Source: Hemiscyllium ocellatum (taxonomy: Eukaryota). From it: DNA of 64,000 nt. The notes under the pieces are model-generated. The model was given only the letters and a program-made list of their open reading frames with translations, was not told the DNA's origin and did not search any database. Made by a program: the position numbers and the translations under genes. The stretch is taken from positions 41,810,085 through 41,874,084 of the forward strand of contig NC_083419.1 in the NCBI RefSeq assembly GCF_020745735.1, written 5' to 3'. Shown here one piece after another: positions 38,401 to 53,005 of this stretch; position 1 is the first letter of the stretch; each line of letters opens with the position of its first letter.

Positions 38401-39244
38401 GGAATTAAACTTTTAAAGGGCTAAATGACATCAGACAGCCAGCCAAAAACCTCCTCCCCGAAAGTCTATCCATAAAGACTGAAAGATGAAGAAAACGAAG
38501 ACAGAATGGCAACCTGCTTCTGAACTCCACTTTTGTGTAAGTTCCCTCAGTGCCAGCTCACCGAAAGAGAACACGTTGTCAAAACCATCAGCCCCGATAC
38601 CCTCACTTTCCTGGGACCAGAACCTGGAGCCTCATCTTTATCACGCTGTAACCCTGCTGCTCCAGTCAGGTTGCAAAGAAAGGTTCTACCAGTTAGCAAT
38701 TTCTTGGAATATGATGATCATTTTCATTTACTGCACATACATTTAAATTAGCAATTTATGTAAAACTTGAATTTTTTATAATCATATTTATTGTTGTAAT
38801 AACCTTTATATTTCCTAAGTTTTCTCAATAGTCTGTGAGAGAGAAAACTGAAATGTGCTCCCCATGTGAGAAGGCTGGACGACACTATTCTAAACGTTTG
38901 AAACACAGACAAGCATTCATAATAATCACAGCTGTGAAAACAGACCGTTCCAAATAAAACAATGCATTCTATTATAACTGTAAAAAGAGATGCCCCTTTT
39001 TTTACCCTTCACCAGATGGCCTGTCAAGGACTGCAGCCCAGAAGCAGTGTCTGCTTTTTCTAACATGAAGTCACAAAATAGTTTTTGACTTCCAAAATTT
39101 AAAGGACTTTTGGATTTTTAAATATTTTCAAATTATGAGATCAGAGTTCCCAGGCAATGTTTCCTTCAATATCAAATGCATTAAAGCACCTACCTCATTT
39201 GGAAAATATCCTAACACCTTTCAACATTCACAGAACACTGATCA

Positions 39245-39555
39245 ATGGCAGCTCAGTGGTTAACACTGCTCTCTCACAGCGGCAGTGTCCCAGGTTCAAT
39301 CCCACCATTAATTGACTGTCTGTGTGGAGTTGGCACATTCTCCCCATATTTGTATGGGTTACCTCTGGGTGCTCTAGTTTCCTCCCACAGTCTAATTGCC
39401 CTCAGTGTCTGGGGATATGTAGGTAAGATGGGTTAACCATGGGAAAAGGAGTGTTACGGGAACAGGGTAGGGAGGTGGGTTTTGGTGGGACACTCTTCAG
39501 AGGATCAGTGTGGACTCAAATGACCTGCTTCCACACTGTAGGGATTCTATGATAT
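39245..39555 (+). mobile_element. Diverged HE1-type V-SINE in MCAT intron 3
   Basis: TGGCAGCTCAGTGGTTAACACTGCT...GGTTCAATCCC head and V-SINE core. Confidence 0.8.
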
Positions 39556-41182
39556 GAATTTAATGGTCAAGCTACTTTTGGAGGACACAGCCCTATAATT
39601 AACCACAGCTACAAAAACATATCTAACCTGTGATAGAGAATCCAACTACTGAAATGGAAAAATCTGGGGTTCTTTTCTACTTCAAAGCCTATCAAGCAAA
39701 GAATTGCAGGTGAATGTTTTTGGTATCCTCACTTGGGACTAGGGCTCCTCCATGACTCACAGCTCCTTTGAGAGGCCCTGACCCATGTGTTCTAATGGAA
39801 GTAGGGACTCTTCATAAAAACTGCAAAGGAGTAGGTTTAACCTGCTCTGCCTTGCAATGGAACCAGAAAGGACAGGAGTGCTGCATGCAGACTTACTGTC
39901 ACATCCTTATCCTTCACCGGCAAACATTCCTGGAAACAGGAAGAGGAATAAAAACGAGATTCCCACAATCGGGTCTGCTCATCAGTTTAAAAGAGCTCCC
40001 AAATCATTCAACCTCTTTGAAAATCCAGACCACCTGGTCACCGTTGAATAAAATGAATGCACTGAGCAAACCAAAATACTTCGTAATCATTTTAGATTCT
40101 GTCAAGTGTTTTCTGATGTAATAACATTTTGTGATCATCAGATGGCAACACTGCATCAAGAGTCGATTTAGATAACTTTGTTTTCCACAAAGAATAATGC
40201 CTTGTAGAATTTATTTGCTATGTTTTGTTGAGGGCCTGAAATTACTTTGCCTCACATCCAAAGATAGGTGTTTAAAAAATGCATTTTTGGGGTGTGCTCC
40301 ATTGCCCTCAAGAAGGTGGTGATGAGCCGTCGTCTTGAACCACTTCAGTCCATGTGGTGGGCACCAACCTTCTGTGGGTACTACCACTTTTCTCTGTCAC
40401 TGATTGAAACAACGGAGTGCCTTGCTCGATCATTTCAAAGGGCAGTTAAGAATTGAATTCCTTGCTCTAGATTTGGAGTTACATGGAGGCCAAATCAAGT
40501 GAATTCCTTCCCTGAAGGAAATTAGTGAACCAGTGCATTTATGACAATTTCATCATGATGAAATAATCTGAATTTTAAATTCCCCCAGAGTTAAGATCTA
40601 TACATTACCACAACGTTGCTGTCCTCTGTCAATGGTCAGCTTAGTAACTGAGTTCCTTCCAGCAAGGAGGAAGGTGATCCTGCACCATTCAAGTGAAGAA
40701 ACTAATAAATGATACTAATAGCAAAATATTGGACTACAACAATCAATACAATTGAACTGGGGAGTGAAAATGATGACAGCATTGTAAAAATTACTTTAAA
40801 AAGCCGTAAATGCCAGCTATTGACTGAAATAGCTGGGCACCAATGTCATTCTTTGAAAGTTTGTGTGGCCATCTTCATATATCTGAAAGTCATCTGATGC
40901 TACATTGTACTTAAATACAGTTTTTCACCGTGAATTAAAGACTTAAAATGTCTAACAATTTTTTCTTATACTTGTCATCAAATATGGGGAGATAATGATA
41001 AATTGCATAGCCATTTGCATCTTTGGTCCAAACAATATTATTTGGTCATGACTTTATTTGACCTTAAAATCACACTGATATTTGAGGCGAAAGTGCTGAA
41101 TTATGCTCTGATTCAACACTGTATGTGTGAATATGTGTGTGATTCATCCAGAAGAAAAGCATTTCACATTTCCTCAACTTAC

Positions 41183-41400
41183 CTGTAAATTTCCAGCAAT
41201 CACACGTCCATTGGGAAAGAGGTAGTTAGCCACTTCACACACAGGATCCTCTATCCCCAGTGTCTTGCAATGTTCGCGAGCCTCCAGGCAAGCATACTTG
41301 AATTTGGACCCAGCTTGCCCCACAACAGATAACATGCCACTAGGAATGGATTCTGATGCCTCCTGCATAGCCTCTGCCCGCACTTTCACAGTATAGAGAG
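41183..41400 (-). CDS. MCAT: MCAT coding exon 3
   Basis: 218-nt exon (A)LYTVKVRAEAMQEASESIPSGMLSVVG...VCEVANYLFPNGRVIAGNLQ. Acceptor tcctctacag| and donor CAG|GTAAGT. Confidence 0.96.
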
Positions 41401-42956
41401 CTGTAGAGGAGAACAGCACTGGTAAACACAACTTCAATTCCAAATTATTCATTTTCACCTAATTTCACAAATATATTTAACCAATTGGGAACATAGAAAA
41501 GTCTGAGTTGAGTGGTTGATAATGCTTTAAGGTTAAGAGAAGAGAATTTACATTTACAGGGCTAATATTAAAAAGAAAATGAGAACCCCAAATATAGCAA
41601 CGTTACAACAAAAAGATTAATGGTTTAACAGGAAGCATTGAATAAAATTAAGCAAAATAAACACATGAATATATTTTCAAAAAATGCATTAATTAAATCC
41701 AAGTTAGGCCACTCAGAGGTTAAATACATTATTGCCTCAATTTTAAAGGTGTGGTTACTGAGATGTTAAATCAAAAGAAGTGGGTGTAAAACAAGCAGTG
41801 CAGGGTACTATTTAAAGAGAAGTGGTTTAATTAAAATACTTAAACTACATACAGACAAATTACATGGAGATAGGTTATATCCAAAGATCATGGTGTAGTA
41901 AGTGTTCCAAAATTCTAAGCTTGTATTTACATAGTACCACTCATGAGACCAGAGCTATAAAGGGGTGGTGAACTGTGCATATTTGTTACAATGTTGGAAA
42001 ATGCAGTAGCCAATTTCCACACAATAAAAGATTCCCCATACAGCAATGAGAAAAATGATGAATTAAAGTGTTGCTGGAGGGATAGATATTACCTAACACA
42101 CTAGAAAGATCAACTTACTCTTCTTTGAATAACATCATGGAATTTATTTGCATCCATTTGAAAGGAGAGGTGGTACCTGTGCTGTTAAAGTGCAACACCA
42201 GTATAATGGTGGGGAGTCAGTCTGCATTACTTCCTTAAATGTCAAGGTTGAGTTTGAATCTACAACCTTTTGATTGCAGGCCTCCTGGCTCAGAGATAAG
42301 GAAACTACCACTGGACCACAGGAGCCCTTTCAAACTCAAGAATGAGAATGCTACCAACTGAGCACCAATGACACATAACTTGGGTAATTTCACTGTTTAC
42401 AAACTACCAAAGTCCAAATCAAAGACTGCAATTCCTGACCAAATGGAGAAATAACAGCTAGTTAGTTCAGATTTCTGAAAAAATAACTTTGGCTTGACTA
42501 ATCGTAGAAAACTTTCAAGAAATCAGAGTGAATAAAGGAAATATCATGGTTGTGGTCAATGTGATTTCTTTTTCAAAAACCCATTTGCTAAAGCATAGAC
42601 AAAGAATCAGCACAGATCTCCCAATAATCCCACCCTCATTTTCTTCAGTCCTGTTAAGGGCCTCTCTTTTCTACGTGTTTCAGGCTCTGTTGATGGGTTC
42701 CCACCTGTAACTTTTCTCAGTGCAGCTGGCGATAGGCCTCATATGCATTTCCAACTTTTCCATTTTCTTATATTTCCAATTTTTGTTGGATGAGCTTATA
42801 TTCACAGAACACAATTTAAAATGATTTATTGAATCTGCTCTTCAGTACTGATCTGTATTTTGAATTTCTGAACTCAGGTAGGATTCATCCTGAATGTTGT
42901 AAATGGGAATCTCATTCATGCACTACTCAGAGTTTTGATTTTTTTTATAGTGTCAC

Positions 42957-43044
42957 CTTCAGCAAAGTCCATTGCTCCTGCAAAGACCAAGGCAGCAAAC
43001 TCTCCCACACTGAATCCTGCTGCTCCAACACATTTCTCAATAGC
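42957..43044 (-). CDS. MCAT: MCAT coding exon 2 (catalytic serine motif); not in the ORF track
   Basis: 88-nt exon AIEKCVGAAGFSVGEFAALVFAGAMDFAE with the GxSxG nucleophile motif. Acceptor ctatag| and donor G|GTGACA. Phases join exons 1 and 3 in frame. Confidence 0.96.
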
Positions 43045-45489
43045 CTATAGACATAAAAAGACAGTTAGAACTTAACAACATGAAAAATACAAATCCACAA
43101 TAGGTAGTGTGCTGTCCACTAGTTATCTTCACAGTCCCAAACCCAAAATTAACTTTTAACTTAGATTATGGCGGCAACAATATTGTTAGAGTTCACAGGT
43201 GTCTGTGTTTTATAGAGCTCAAACAATAAACCACAAATTAACAACAAAGCAAAAGGAAAATTAAGTTAATTCCAATCCCTTCAACGTCTATCAGAAATGA
43301 AAGGCTACAAAGTGTACCAACACCAAAATTAACTACTGTCTCCCTCACAAGCAAAGAAAATGAATACCTCTTCCTCTCACCATCACCCACACCTCCAAAG
43401 TCATAAACTAACACCATTTTATTCTCACCTGCCTAAATAACACGAATCCACACAGACCAGCATGATCCAGAATAAACCTCCAGTTCTATGTTCAGTTAGT
43501 AAGCTTAGCAAAAAGGTAGCAATAGAAATGGTTTTTTTACTTACATTAGTGACTTTGAATAGGAGAAATAATGAGGTTGAGTTTGTGTTCCTAATAGAGC
43601 TTCAGTAATGTTGTTGAACATGGGTATCAAACACGTGCTTGTCTGGTTTAGTTCTGATATTCATTACAATCAAATAGCCCAGGTGGTATTCATAATCTGG
43701 GCTCATAAACAAAGAATGAAGTAAAATACCTCAGGAAACATATGGGAGTATGCTCAGTTACATGTACTGCTGGCTGCGCAACATTGTAAAGAGCTGCAGT
43801 AAGAATGTCTACCTAAATAGAAAGCACTGAGTTGTTGACTGCAGCCAGATTAACATGCTGCATAGTATGAGGAGGAGGAGGAGCTATAAGATGGATGAGT
43901 TATCAAAACAGTATTTTTAAAGAACCTACTGACCTACTGCCACCTGAGCATGCCACACCAAATGCAAAAACAGAATTTCCAAAAGGTGGAGAATGTAAAA
44001 CCACCCAATATTGCATTTTCTGCATTTAGTCTGTCTGCCTCTGACCTGAATCACTGTACAACTACCACACCTTTCGTTTATATAGCACATTTAATGTAGT
44101 AAAACATTCTTTACAATGTTTCCTCCAAAATGTCACAAACAAAAGCAAACTCTAATAAGGGGCAGGTCTGAGCATTAAATCTAAAGAGCAAAAGTACGAG
44201 ATATTGGAAAAAACTTGAGGTAAAGTGTAGCTGTGAATTTAGGAGAAGTAAGTGCAGTAAAGAGGGGAATGTGTGATTGGTGCATCTGAGAGCATAGGAC
44301 AAAGGGAATCTATGATTTGTACAGCAGAGAACATAGGACAGAGAGAATCTGCAACTGGTGCAGCAGAGGGCTTAGGTGAGACAGCAAAAAGGTCAACAGC
44401 AATTAAAGGTCATAAACCCAATGACCTCAACGTATCAAGTCCAAATAGACACACAACCTATGAGGAAGATGATCAAGGGGTTTACTCTCAATGAGCAACT
44501 AATGCTTTCTGTTGGGTTTGCTTAGGGCATAGATTGGATTCATCATTTCATACATATAGCATTGAATAAACCACATATACCAGCCTGCAAACTATTTCTA
44601 ACCTCGTCAGTAGTAATGGGTGAGAAACCAGATTCTGAGAATATAGTTTCACAATTTGGTGAGATGAAATGTTGTTTATGATCTGACCCTAGATTTTCAA
44701 GGTGGACATCTCTCCCGATCTCCTTTCACATTTCATTGAAAGGTACACTTATGTCAGGAAAGAGACGTTAACAGTTCAAGAATGGGTCTTATGAGTAGAG
44801 AGAGTGCAACCAGTGAACAAAGAGTTATAATGAGCCTATGTAAAGGTAGAATTCAAGTAGGACATGTGCAAGGAGAGAGCACAGAAATAGAGGAGAGGTA
44901 CAACCAGGTACAATGAAAGTTGAATGTGAATGGGAGAGGTATATTGGAATGTACATGAACAGAAAGAGAACGGGACATGTGAGTAGAGAAATAAAGTGAG
45001 TTAGGTGTGTCAGAGCAGAAATAGATTGGTCTTGGTGGGTAAAAGGCCAGAAATGGAGGACAATAGTGATTAAATTACGGAGTTTATACAGAGACGGAGG
45101 GGAAAAGCAGGAGAGAGCTAAAAACAGTGGAGGCTTCATCACACTGCAGGATAATGTAGGGCGGTAAGTAAGGTGCAAGAAGAGAATGGGGATTGGTGAG
45201 AGTTAAAACAGGAGCCACATAGATTTGGATACGCTCAACTTTACAGGCACAGTGAGAGTCTAGCTATGGGAGCAATGGACTAGTTTGGTCTGAGAGGTCA
45301 CAAAGGTATCATTGAGGGTTTCTGTAGCAGATAGCATCAAGACAGACAGTGTTATCGAGGTTGAAATTGACAGCTTTGGTGTTTAAGCAGAAATGGGACC
45401 AAACGTATGGCACAGAGACAAGCAGAAAATTGCCAAAATTCCAAACAATCTAGTTTTTTTTCGTGAAGGTACTGACTATTGTTTTCAGT

Positions 45490-46790
45490 CTTAGACTCAG
45501 AGGTGGTGTGAGAGGACAAGGGAATTGCAAATGTTACATTCTTGTTGAAAAAAGGCTGTAAAGATCAGCCCAGAACTACAGGCCAGTCAGTTTAACTTTA
45601 GTGTGGGGAAACTTGTAGAAAGAATATTCAGCACAAAATTATACTCATGTAGTCAGTTAATTAAGGAAAGCCAGCATGGATTTATAAGGGAAAATTATTT
45701 TTAATTAACTAGTTGAGAGTTTTTCCAAAGAAATATGGTGTACACGTGATTTCCAAAAAGGTGTCTGATACAGCGCCACACAGACCTGTGAGGAAAGTTA
45801 CAGCTCATGGAATAAAGTGGGTATTAACAACAAGGATTTGCTCAGTGACAGGAAGAAGACAGTAACAGTTAATGGATAATTTTCAGACTGGAGGAACATC
45901 TATAATGGAGTTCCCAGATTCAGTGTCGAGACTCTTACTTTCCTTGATAATATACTAATGACCTAAAGTTTATTGTAAAAGGTATAATTTCACACTTTGT
46001 GGTTGGTAGCACTGTGAAATGTAAGGAAGATAGTGTAGAACATCAAACAGGACATAGACAATTTGATGAAGTGGATGGATAGATGGAGATGAAGTTCAAT
46101 GTGGAGAAGTTAGGTAGAACATGGAAAGAAAATGTAAAGAATATAACCATCTAGGGGGCGCAGAAGCAGAGGGGTCCTGGGTGCATATGTACATAAAACA
46201 TTAGAGGTGGCAGGATTGATCCTGAGCGAATAATAAAACATACAACATCCTTGGCTGTGTTAATAGCAGCAAACTGTACAAATGAAGTTATGTTCGAATC
46301 TGTATAAGTCACTAATTCAGCCTCAGCTGCAGTATTAGGAGGTGCATTTTAGGAAGGATGTGAAAACATTGGAGACAGTAGAGAAAAGATTCACAAAGAG
46401 CCAGAAACTTCAATTATGTTGACAGGTTGTAGAAGTTGGGACTCCTTTCCTTGGAGGCGCTTTAATGTAATTATTCAAAATCATGAAGGGCCTAGACAGA
46501 GCAGATAGGGAGAAATTGTTCCCATTTGGAAAAGTATCAATTGAAAGCAAAGTACTATGGATGCTGGAGATCCAACATTAGAAACAGAAACTTCAGGACT
46601 CAAAGCAGATGCTGCCAAACCTGCTGAGTTTCTCCAGCATTTTCTGAACAGATTTATTGGGAAAAGAAGCAAGACTGCAACGAAAAAAAAACACCCTCTG
46701 CTTCAACAACGTGGTTAAGATCTAGAATGCACTGCCAGATAATGTGGTGAAAACAAATTCAATTGAAGCATTAAAATTGAATTATAAAAG
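45490..46790 (+). mobile_element. Old CR1-type LINE fragment in MCAT intron 1
   Basis: Decayed NYRPVSLT, SQHGF and GVP motifs. Confidence 0.75.
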
Positions 46791-46796
46791 GAAATG

Positions 46797-49680
46797 TCAT
46801 AGTCATAGAGATGTATAACACAGAAACAGACCTTTCGGTCCAACTTGTCCATGGTGACCAGATATCCTAACCTAATCTAGTTCCATTTGCTAGCACTTGG
46901 CCCATATCCCTCCAAAACCTTCCTATGCATATACCTATCCAAATGGCTTTTAAATGTTGTGATTGTACCAACTTCCACCACTTCCTTTGGCAGCTCATTC
47001 CATACATGTACCACCCTCTGCGCGAAAATGTTGCCCCTTAGGTTCTTATATCTTTCCCATGTCACGCTAAACCTATGCCCTCGAGTTCTGACTCCCCCAC
47101 CCCAGGGAAAAGATCTTGTCTATTTATCCTATCCATGCCCCTCAAGACTTTATAAACACCTATAAGGTCATCTCTCAGCCTCTGATGCTCCAGGTAAAAC
47201 AGCCCCAGCCTCTTCAGCCTTTCTCCATAGCTCAAATCCTCCAACCCTGCAATATCCTTGTAAATCTTCTCTGAACCCTTTCAGGTTTCAGAACATCCTT
47301 CCAATAGGAAGGCAACCAGAATTGCATGCAACATTCCAAAAGTGGCCAATCAATGTCCTGTACAGCCGCAACATGACCTCCCAACTCCTATACTCAGTGC
47401 TCCGTCCAATAAAGGAAAGCATACCAAGCATTTTCTTCACTATCCTATCTACCTGCGACTCTACTTTCAAGGAACTAAGAACCTGCACTCCAAGGTCTCT
47501 TTGTTCATCAACATTCCCCAGGACCTTACTTTTAAGTGTATAAGTCCTGCCCTGATTTGTCTTTCCAAAATGAAGCACCTCGCATTTATCTAAATTAAAC
47601 TCCATCTGCCACTCCTCCACCCATTAGCCCATCTGATCAAGATCCGATTGTACTCTGAGGCAGTCTACTACACATCCAATTTTGGTGTCATCTGCAAATT
47701 TACTAACTATACCTCCGATGTTCACATCCAAATCATTTATATAATGATGAAAAGCAGTGGACCCAGCACCGATCCTTGTGGCACTCCACTAGTCACAGGC
47801 CTCCAGTCTGAAAAGCAGCCTTCCACCACTACCCTCTGTCTACTACCTTCAAGCCAGTTCTGTATCCAAATGGCTAGTTCTCCCTGTATTCCATGAGTTC
47901 TAACCTGGCCAATCAGTCTCCCATGAAGAATCTTGTTGAACATTTTACTGAAGACAGCACAGATCATGTTTAACCTCACCAATCGTCTGTTACTTCTTCA
48001 CAATTCTAAATCAAGTTTATGAGATATGATTTCCCATGCACAAAGCCATGCTGACTATCCCTAATCAGTCCTTACCTTTCCAAATACATGTAATTCCTGT
48101 TCCTCAGGATTCCCTCCAAAAACTTGCCCACCACCAAAGTCAGGTTCACCAGTCTATAGTTCCCTGGCTTTTCCTTACCACATTTCTTAAATAGTGGCAT
48201 CACGTTTGCCAATCTCCAGACTTCTAGCACCTCACCTGTGACTGTCGATGATACAAATATCTCAGCAAGAGGTCCAGCAATCACTTCCTTAGCTTCCCAC
48301 TGAGTTCTAGGGTACACCTGATCAGGTCCTAGTGATTTATCAAATCACCTCCTCCTCTGTAATATGGACATTATTCAAGATGTCGCCATTTATTTCCCCA
48401 CATTCTCTATCTTCCATATCCTTCTCTACAGTAAACACTGATGCAAAATACTTGTTTAGTATCTCCCCCATCTTCTACAGCTCCACACATAGGCTGCCTT
48501 GCTGATCTTTGAGGTGCCCTATTCTCTCCCGAGTTACCCTTTTGTCCTTAATGTATTTATAAAATCCCTTTGGATTCTCCTTAACCCTGTTTGCCAAAGC
48601 TATCTCATGTCCCTTTTTGCGCTCCTTATTTCCCTCTTAAGTATACTCCTATTGCCTTTATACTCTTCTAAGGATTCATTTAATCTCTCCTGTCTATACT
48701 TGACCTATGCTTCCTTCTTTTTCTTAACCAAAACATCAATTTCTCTAGTCATCTAGCTTTCTCTACACCTACCAGCTTTTCCTTTCACCCTAACAGGAAT
48801 ATACTGTCTCATTTACTCTCGTTATCTAATTTCTGAAGGCTTCCCATTTTCCAGCCGCCCTTTACCTGCGAACTTCTGCCCCCAATCAGTTTTTGAAAGT
48901 TCTTGCCTAATTCTGTCAAAATTAGCTTTCTTCCAACTTAAAACTTGTATACACTTAACAAATTCCTCTCCATCTAAACCCTTAACACTATGGCAGTCCC
49001 AGTCTATGTTTGGAAAGTAAAAATCTCCTACCATAACCACCCTATTATTCTTACAGATAACTGAAATCTCCTTTTAAATCTGTTTCTCAATTTCCCGCTG
49101 ACTATTAGGGGGTCTATAATACAATCTCAATAAGGTGACCATTCCTTTTGTATTTCTCAGTTCCACCCAAATAACTTCCCTGGATGTATTCCCAGGAATA
49201 TCTTCCCTAAGTACAGCAGTAATGCTATCCCTCATCAAAAAGGCCACTCTCCTTCCTCTCTTGTCCTCCCCTTTCTGTCCTTCCTTTAGCATTTGTATCC
49301 TGGAATATTAAGCTGCCAGTCCTGTCCATCCCTGAGCCATGTTTCTGTAATTGCTATGATATTCCAGTCCCTGTTCCTAACAATGCCCAGAGTTCATCTG
49401 CCTTCCCTGTTAGGCCTCTTGCATTTAAGTAAATACAGTCTAATTTATCAGTCCTACCTTGTTCTCTGCTTTGTTGCTGCCTGTCCTGACTGTTTGAGTC
49501 ACTCCTTTTCCCAACAGCTCCAGTCTCAGACTATCTCTTTTCTCTCTATCTCCTTGGGTCCCACACCACCCCCCTCCACCTTACTAGTTTAAATCCTCCC
49601 AAACAGCTGTAGCAAATCTCTCTGCCAGCATATTAGTCCCCTTCCAATTCAAATGCAACCCATCCTTCTTGTACAGGTCA
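46797..49680 (-). mobile_element. Long CR1 LINE copy (endonuclease plus RT remnants, frameshifted) in MCAT intron 1
   Basis: ORFs with YYRPPNS, VMVGDFYFPNIDW (APE endonuclease), [26 protein letters not shown] and WQMEFNLDKCEVLHFG. (CTATGA) tail near 46800. Confidence 0.93.
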
Positions 49681-49689
49681 CTGTACCAT

Positions 49690-51720
49690 AGGATAGCAGG
49701 GAGAAGGCAGGAGAATAGCACAAATTGAAGTGTTTATGCAGAGTCAGTGTAGACCGGATGGGCTAAATGGCCTCCTCCTATGCTATGACTATTCTGTGAT
49801 TCTATTTCAGACTGTGGGCAGGGAAATGAACAATGTTCATTGTTAAAGAATAGGGTCTGTGGTGGAGAACCAATATTTAGTTGGTGAGTATGTGTGCTCA
49901 GCCAATGCTTCAAGTTGGACAAACATTGTGACAGAAGAGGGGGTGGTTCTTCAAAGTGGTGTTCAACCACTATACAATCTATTTTATTTCTTAATTCATG
50001 TCCATAGAGAGTTGAGTTTTTACAGCACAAAAAGAGACCCCACAGCCCATAGCTTCCATGCAGGTCATCAAATATCAACCTTTCCTCATCCCATTTTCAA
50101 ACACTGGGCCCACAGCTGTATATACCATGGTATTTGAAGTGTTTGTCTAAGTAGTTCTTCAATATCTTGAGGGTTCCTGCCTCTATCAATTTATCCATCA
50201 TTTTAGGCAGTGAGCTCCAGATATCCACCTGTCTGTGAAAATGTTTTGTGCCCCCAGGTTGCTGATCCCTCTACTAATGGGAAAAGCTTCTCTGAAATTC
50301 CCCTGTCTATGCCCTTCATCATTTTGTTCACTTCAATAAAGATCCCACCTGCTTCAGCCTTCACTGCTTGGAAAAATCAACCTTAGCCTGGCTAGTTTCT
50401 CTCCAGCCCAGGTAATATTCTGGTGAATCTCTTCCACTAGAATCGCAAATGCTATTCCAGCTGTGGCCTAAGTAACAATATACACAGCTCCATCATAACC
50501 TCCTTGCTCTCATTTTCAGAATATTGACTAATAAAGATGTTTCCTCTATGCCTTCTTAACTATTTTATCTACCTGCCCTGCTGGCTTAAGGATTTATAGA
50601 TGAGCAAACCAATGTCCCCATGATGCTCTTTACTTCCGAGGGTGCTACCATTGAACGTGTACTCTCTTGCCTTGATAATCCTCCCAAAATGCTTTTCAAG
50701 ATTAAATTCCACTTGCCACTGTTCAGCCAATCCGACGAGCCTGTCAGTATCATCCTGCAGTCATCAGGATTTATTACATCACCAATATTCATGTCATCTG
50801 CAAAATGAATAATAATGTCTCCTATGTCCATGTCTAGATTATTAAATGTGCATTACAAAGAGCAAAGGGCCCAACACCAAACGCTGTGGTACATCACTGT
50901 TTTGTCACTCTTCAACTAAAGCCATTTGCTTCCTGCCAATAAGTCATCCGGAATCCTGATGAAGGGCTTATTCCTGAAATGTTGACACTCCTGCTCCTTG
51001 AATGCTGCCTGACCTGTTGTGCTTTTCCAGCACCACATTTTTCAACATCTTAATCAGTCTGCCATGCAACCAGACTGAAGTGTATATCGACTAGATCAAC
51101 TGCACTACCTTCATCTACACACTGGGTGAACTCCTCGAAAAATTCAATCAAACTTATTAGACATGATGCCCCCCTTACAAAGCCATGCTGATGATCCTTA
51201 CTTAATTCTTACCTCTCTAAAAATGGGGATTAATTCCCTTAGACTTTTTTTCTTAATAGTTTCCTTACCACAGATGTTAGACTCATTGACCTGTACTTCT
51301 AGATTTATAGAACTCCTACAGTGTGGAAGCAGGCTATTCGGCCCATCAAGTCCACCTCTACCCTCCAAAGAGTATCCCACCCAGACCCACCCCATATCCT
51401 ATCCCTGTAACCTGCAAATCCCAAGGCTTATCTACCTAGCCTGCACATCTCTGGACCCAACGGGCAATTTAGCATGGCCAATCCACCTAAGCTACACATC
51501 TCTGGACTTCCCAGAGTATCCTTACAACTCTTCTTGAGTGATGACAGTACATTACATTTCCTCTAGTCCTCTATCACCCTTCCTGCAGCCAGAGAGGATT
51601 TGAAAACAAACAAGAGACAGAGCCCCTGCAATCTCCTCCCTTGCTTCCCACCACAGCCTGAGCTACACCTCATCTGGCCCTGGGGAAATTATCCCCTTTC
51701 AAGGCTGCTAATGCCTCCTC
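49690..51720 (-). mobile_element. Old CR1-type LINE fragments with nested PLE tail (50950-51050) and SINE piece (about 51305-51510)
   Basis: FADD motif in ORF 50586-50831. CTGATGA-AGGGCTTATTCCT-GAAAT at 50956. Confidence 0.75.
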
Positions 51721-52549
51721 TCTCTTTCAATGGCAATTCATTCAAGTCTATCTCTGTTCTAACGAAACCCCCCCCCCCCCCAAACACACACACACAGTGA
51801 GCATTGCTGGCATGGCCATCTGCTGTTGCCCTAATTGCCCTTGGAATGTTTTTGTGAACTGCAGTCTATCCAGTGTTAGTATCAACCATAGTGCTGTTAG
51901 GAACAGAGTTCTACAATTTTGACTCAGTGACAGTGTGGCTTGGAGGGAAACTCCAAGGTGGTCATTTTCCTTTGGATCTGCTGCTCTTACTGTCTAGTTA
52001 GTAGAGGCTATAGGTTTGGAAATTGCTGTTGAAGGAGCCTGAATGATTTGCCGCAGTGAATCATGTGGATGGTACATACTGCTGCCGATGTGTGTCAGTG
52101 GTGAAGGTGTAAGTGTTGAAGGTAATGGATGCAGTGGCAATCGAGTGTCCTACTTTGTCCTGGATGGTGTCAAGTTGCTAAGTACTGTTAGAACTGTAGT
52201 TACCCTGGTAAGTGGAGAGTATTCCATTCCAATCCTGACTGGTCCCTAATGGAAGATGGACAGGCATTGAGGAGACAGGTGGTGAGTCACTCACTGAATA
52301 CTTGTAGTCCCAGTATTTATATGGCCAATTCAGATCAGTTCAGTTCAGTTTATAGTACCATCCTGTAAATGTCACACTGTCTACAGAAAATTAGTGTGAA
52401 AACTAATGTAGCACTTTTCTTTAAATTTTAAATGGACTTGAGGTGTAATCAACTTGTGATCCTTGGGTTTTCTTCAAACATTTAAAAACAGCTTATGTCA
52501 AACAGGGCAGGGATTTGAAACGTGGTTAGCTAACCCAAGTTCTACTTAC

Positions 52550-53005
52550 TTCAGGGTTTTCAACATGCAGCCTTTCCACTGCAGCTAAGGACGTGACAAA
52601 AACTGCTGGCTGGCAGTGAACAGTTTTATTTAACTCTCCCTCCGGTCCATTCATACACAAAGACAGCAGGTCATAGCCCAGGATCTTCTGGGCAGCTGCG
52701 AACATTTGCCTGGCGTTGTGGTATTTCTGGAGCCCTTCGCCCATTCCCACAAACTGGGTGCCCTGGCCGGGGAACAGCAGCAGCGAGCTCTGCCGGGGCT
52801 GCCTCCTGCTCAGCTCTTTCAGCCGAGCCTCACTCGGCTCCGGCCCTAACATCGCCGAGATGTCCACGGAAGGGCCTGGAGGTCGCTGGGGCCGGGAGGT
52901 CGCCAGCTGCCTGCACTGGGTGAGGTTCGGCAGCGGGGTTTGCAGCCAGTGTCCCGGTCTGCAGCCAAACGCAGCCAGTCTCATGGCCACAGAGGAAGGG
53001 AGCAT
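52550..53005 (-). CDS. MCAT: MCAT coding exon 1 (mitochondrial targeting region plus start of the acyltransferase domain)
   Basis: Translates to MLPSSVAMRL...LLLFPGQGTQFVGMG...LGYDLLSLCMNGPEGELNKTVHCQPAVFVTSLAAVERLHVENPE. Contains the FabD/MCAT motifs FPGQG and QPA. Donor GAA|GTAAGT at 52550/52549, phase 0. Start ATG at 53005, with an alternative in-frame ATG at 52984. Confidence 0.95.

Noticed and set aside
38200-38416. Gly-rich and Pro-rich ORFs on opposite strands
   Set aside because: Both are translations of the C-rich low-complexity tract.
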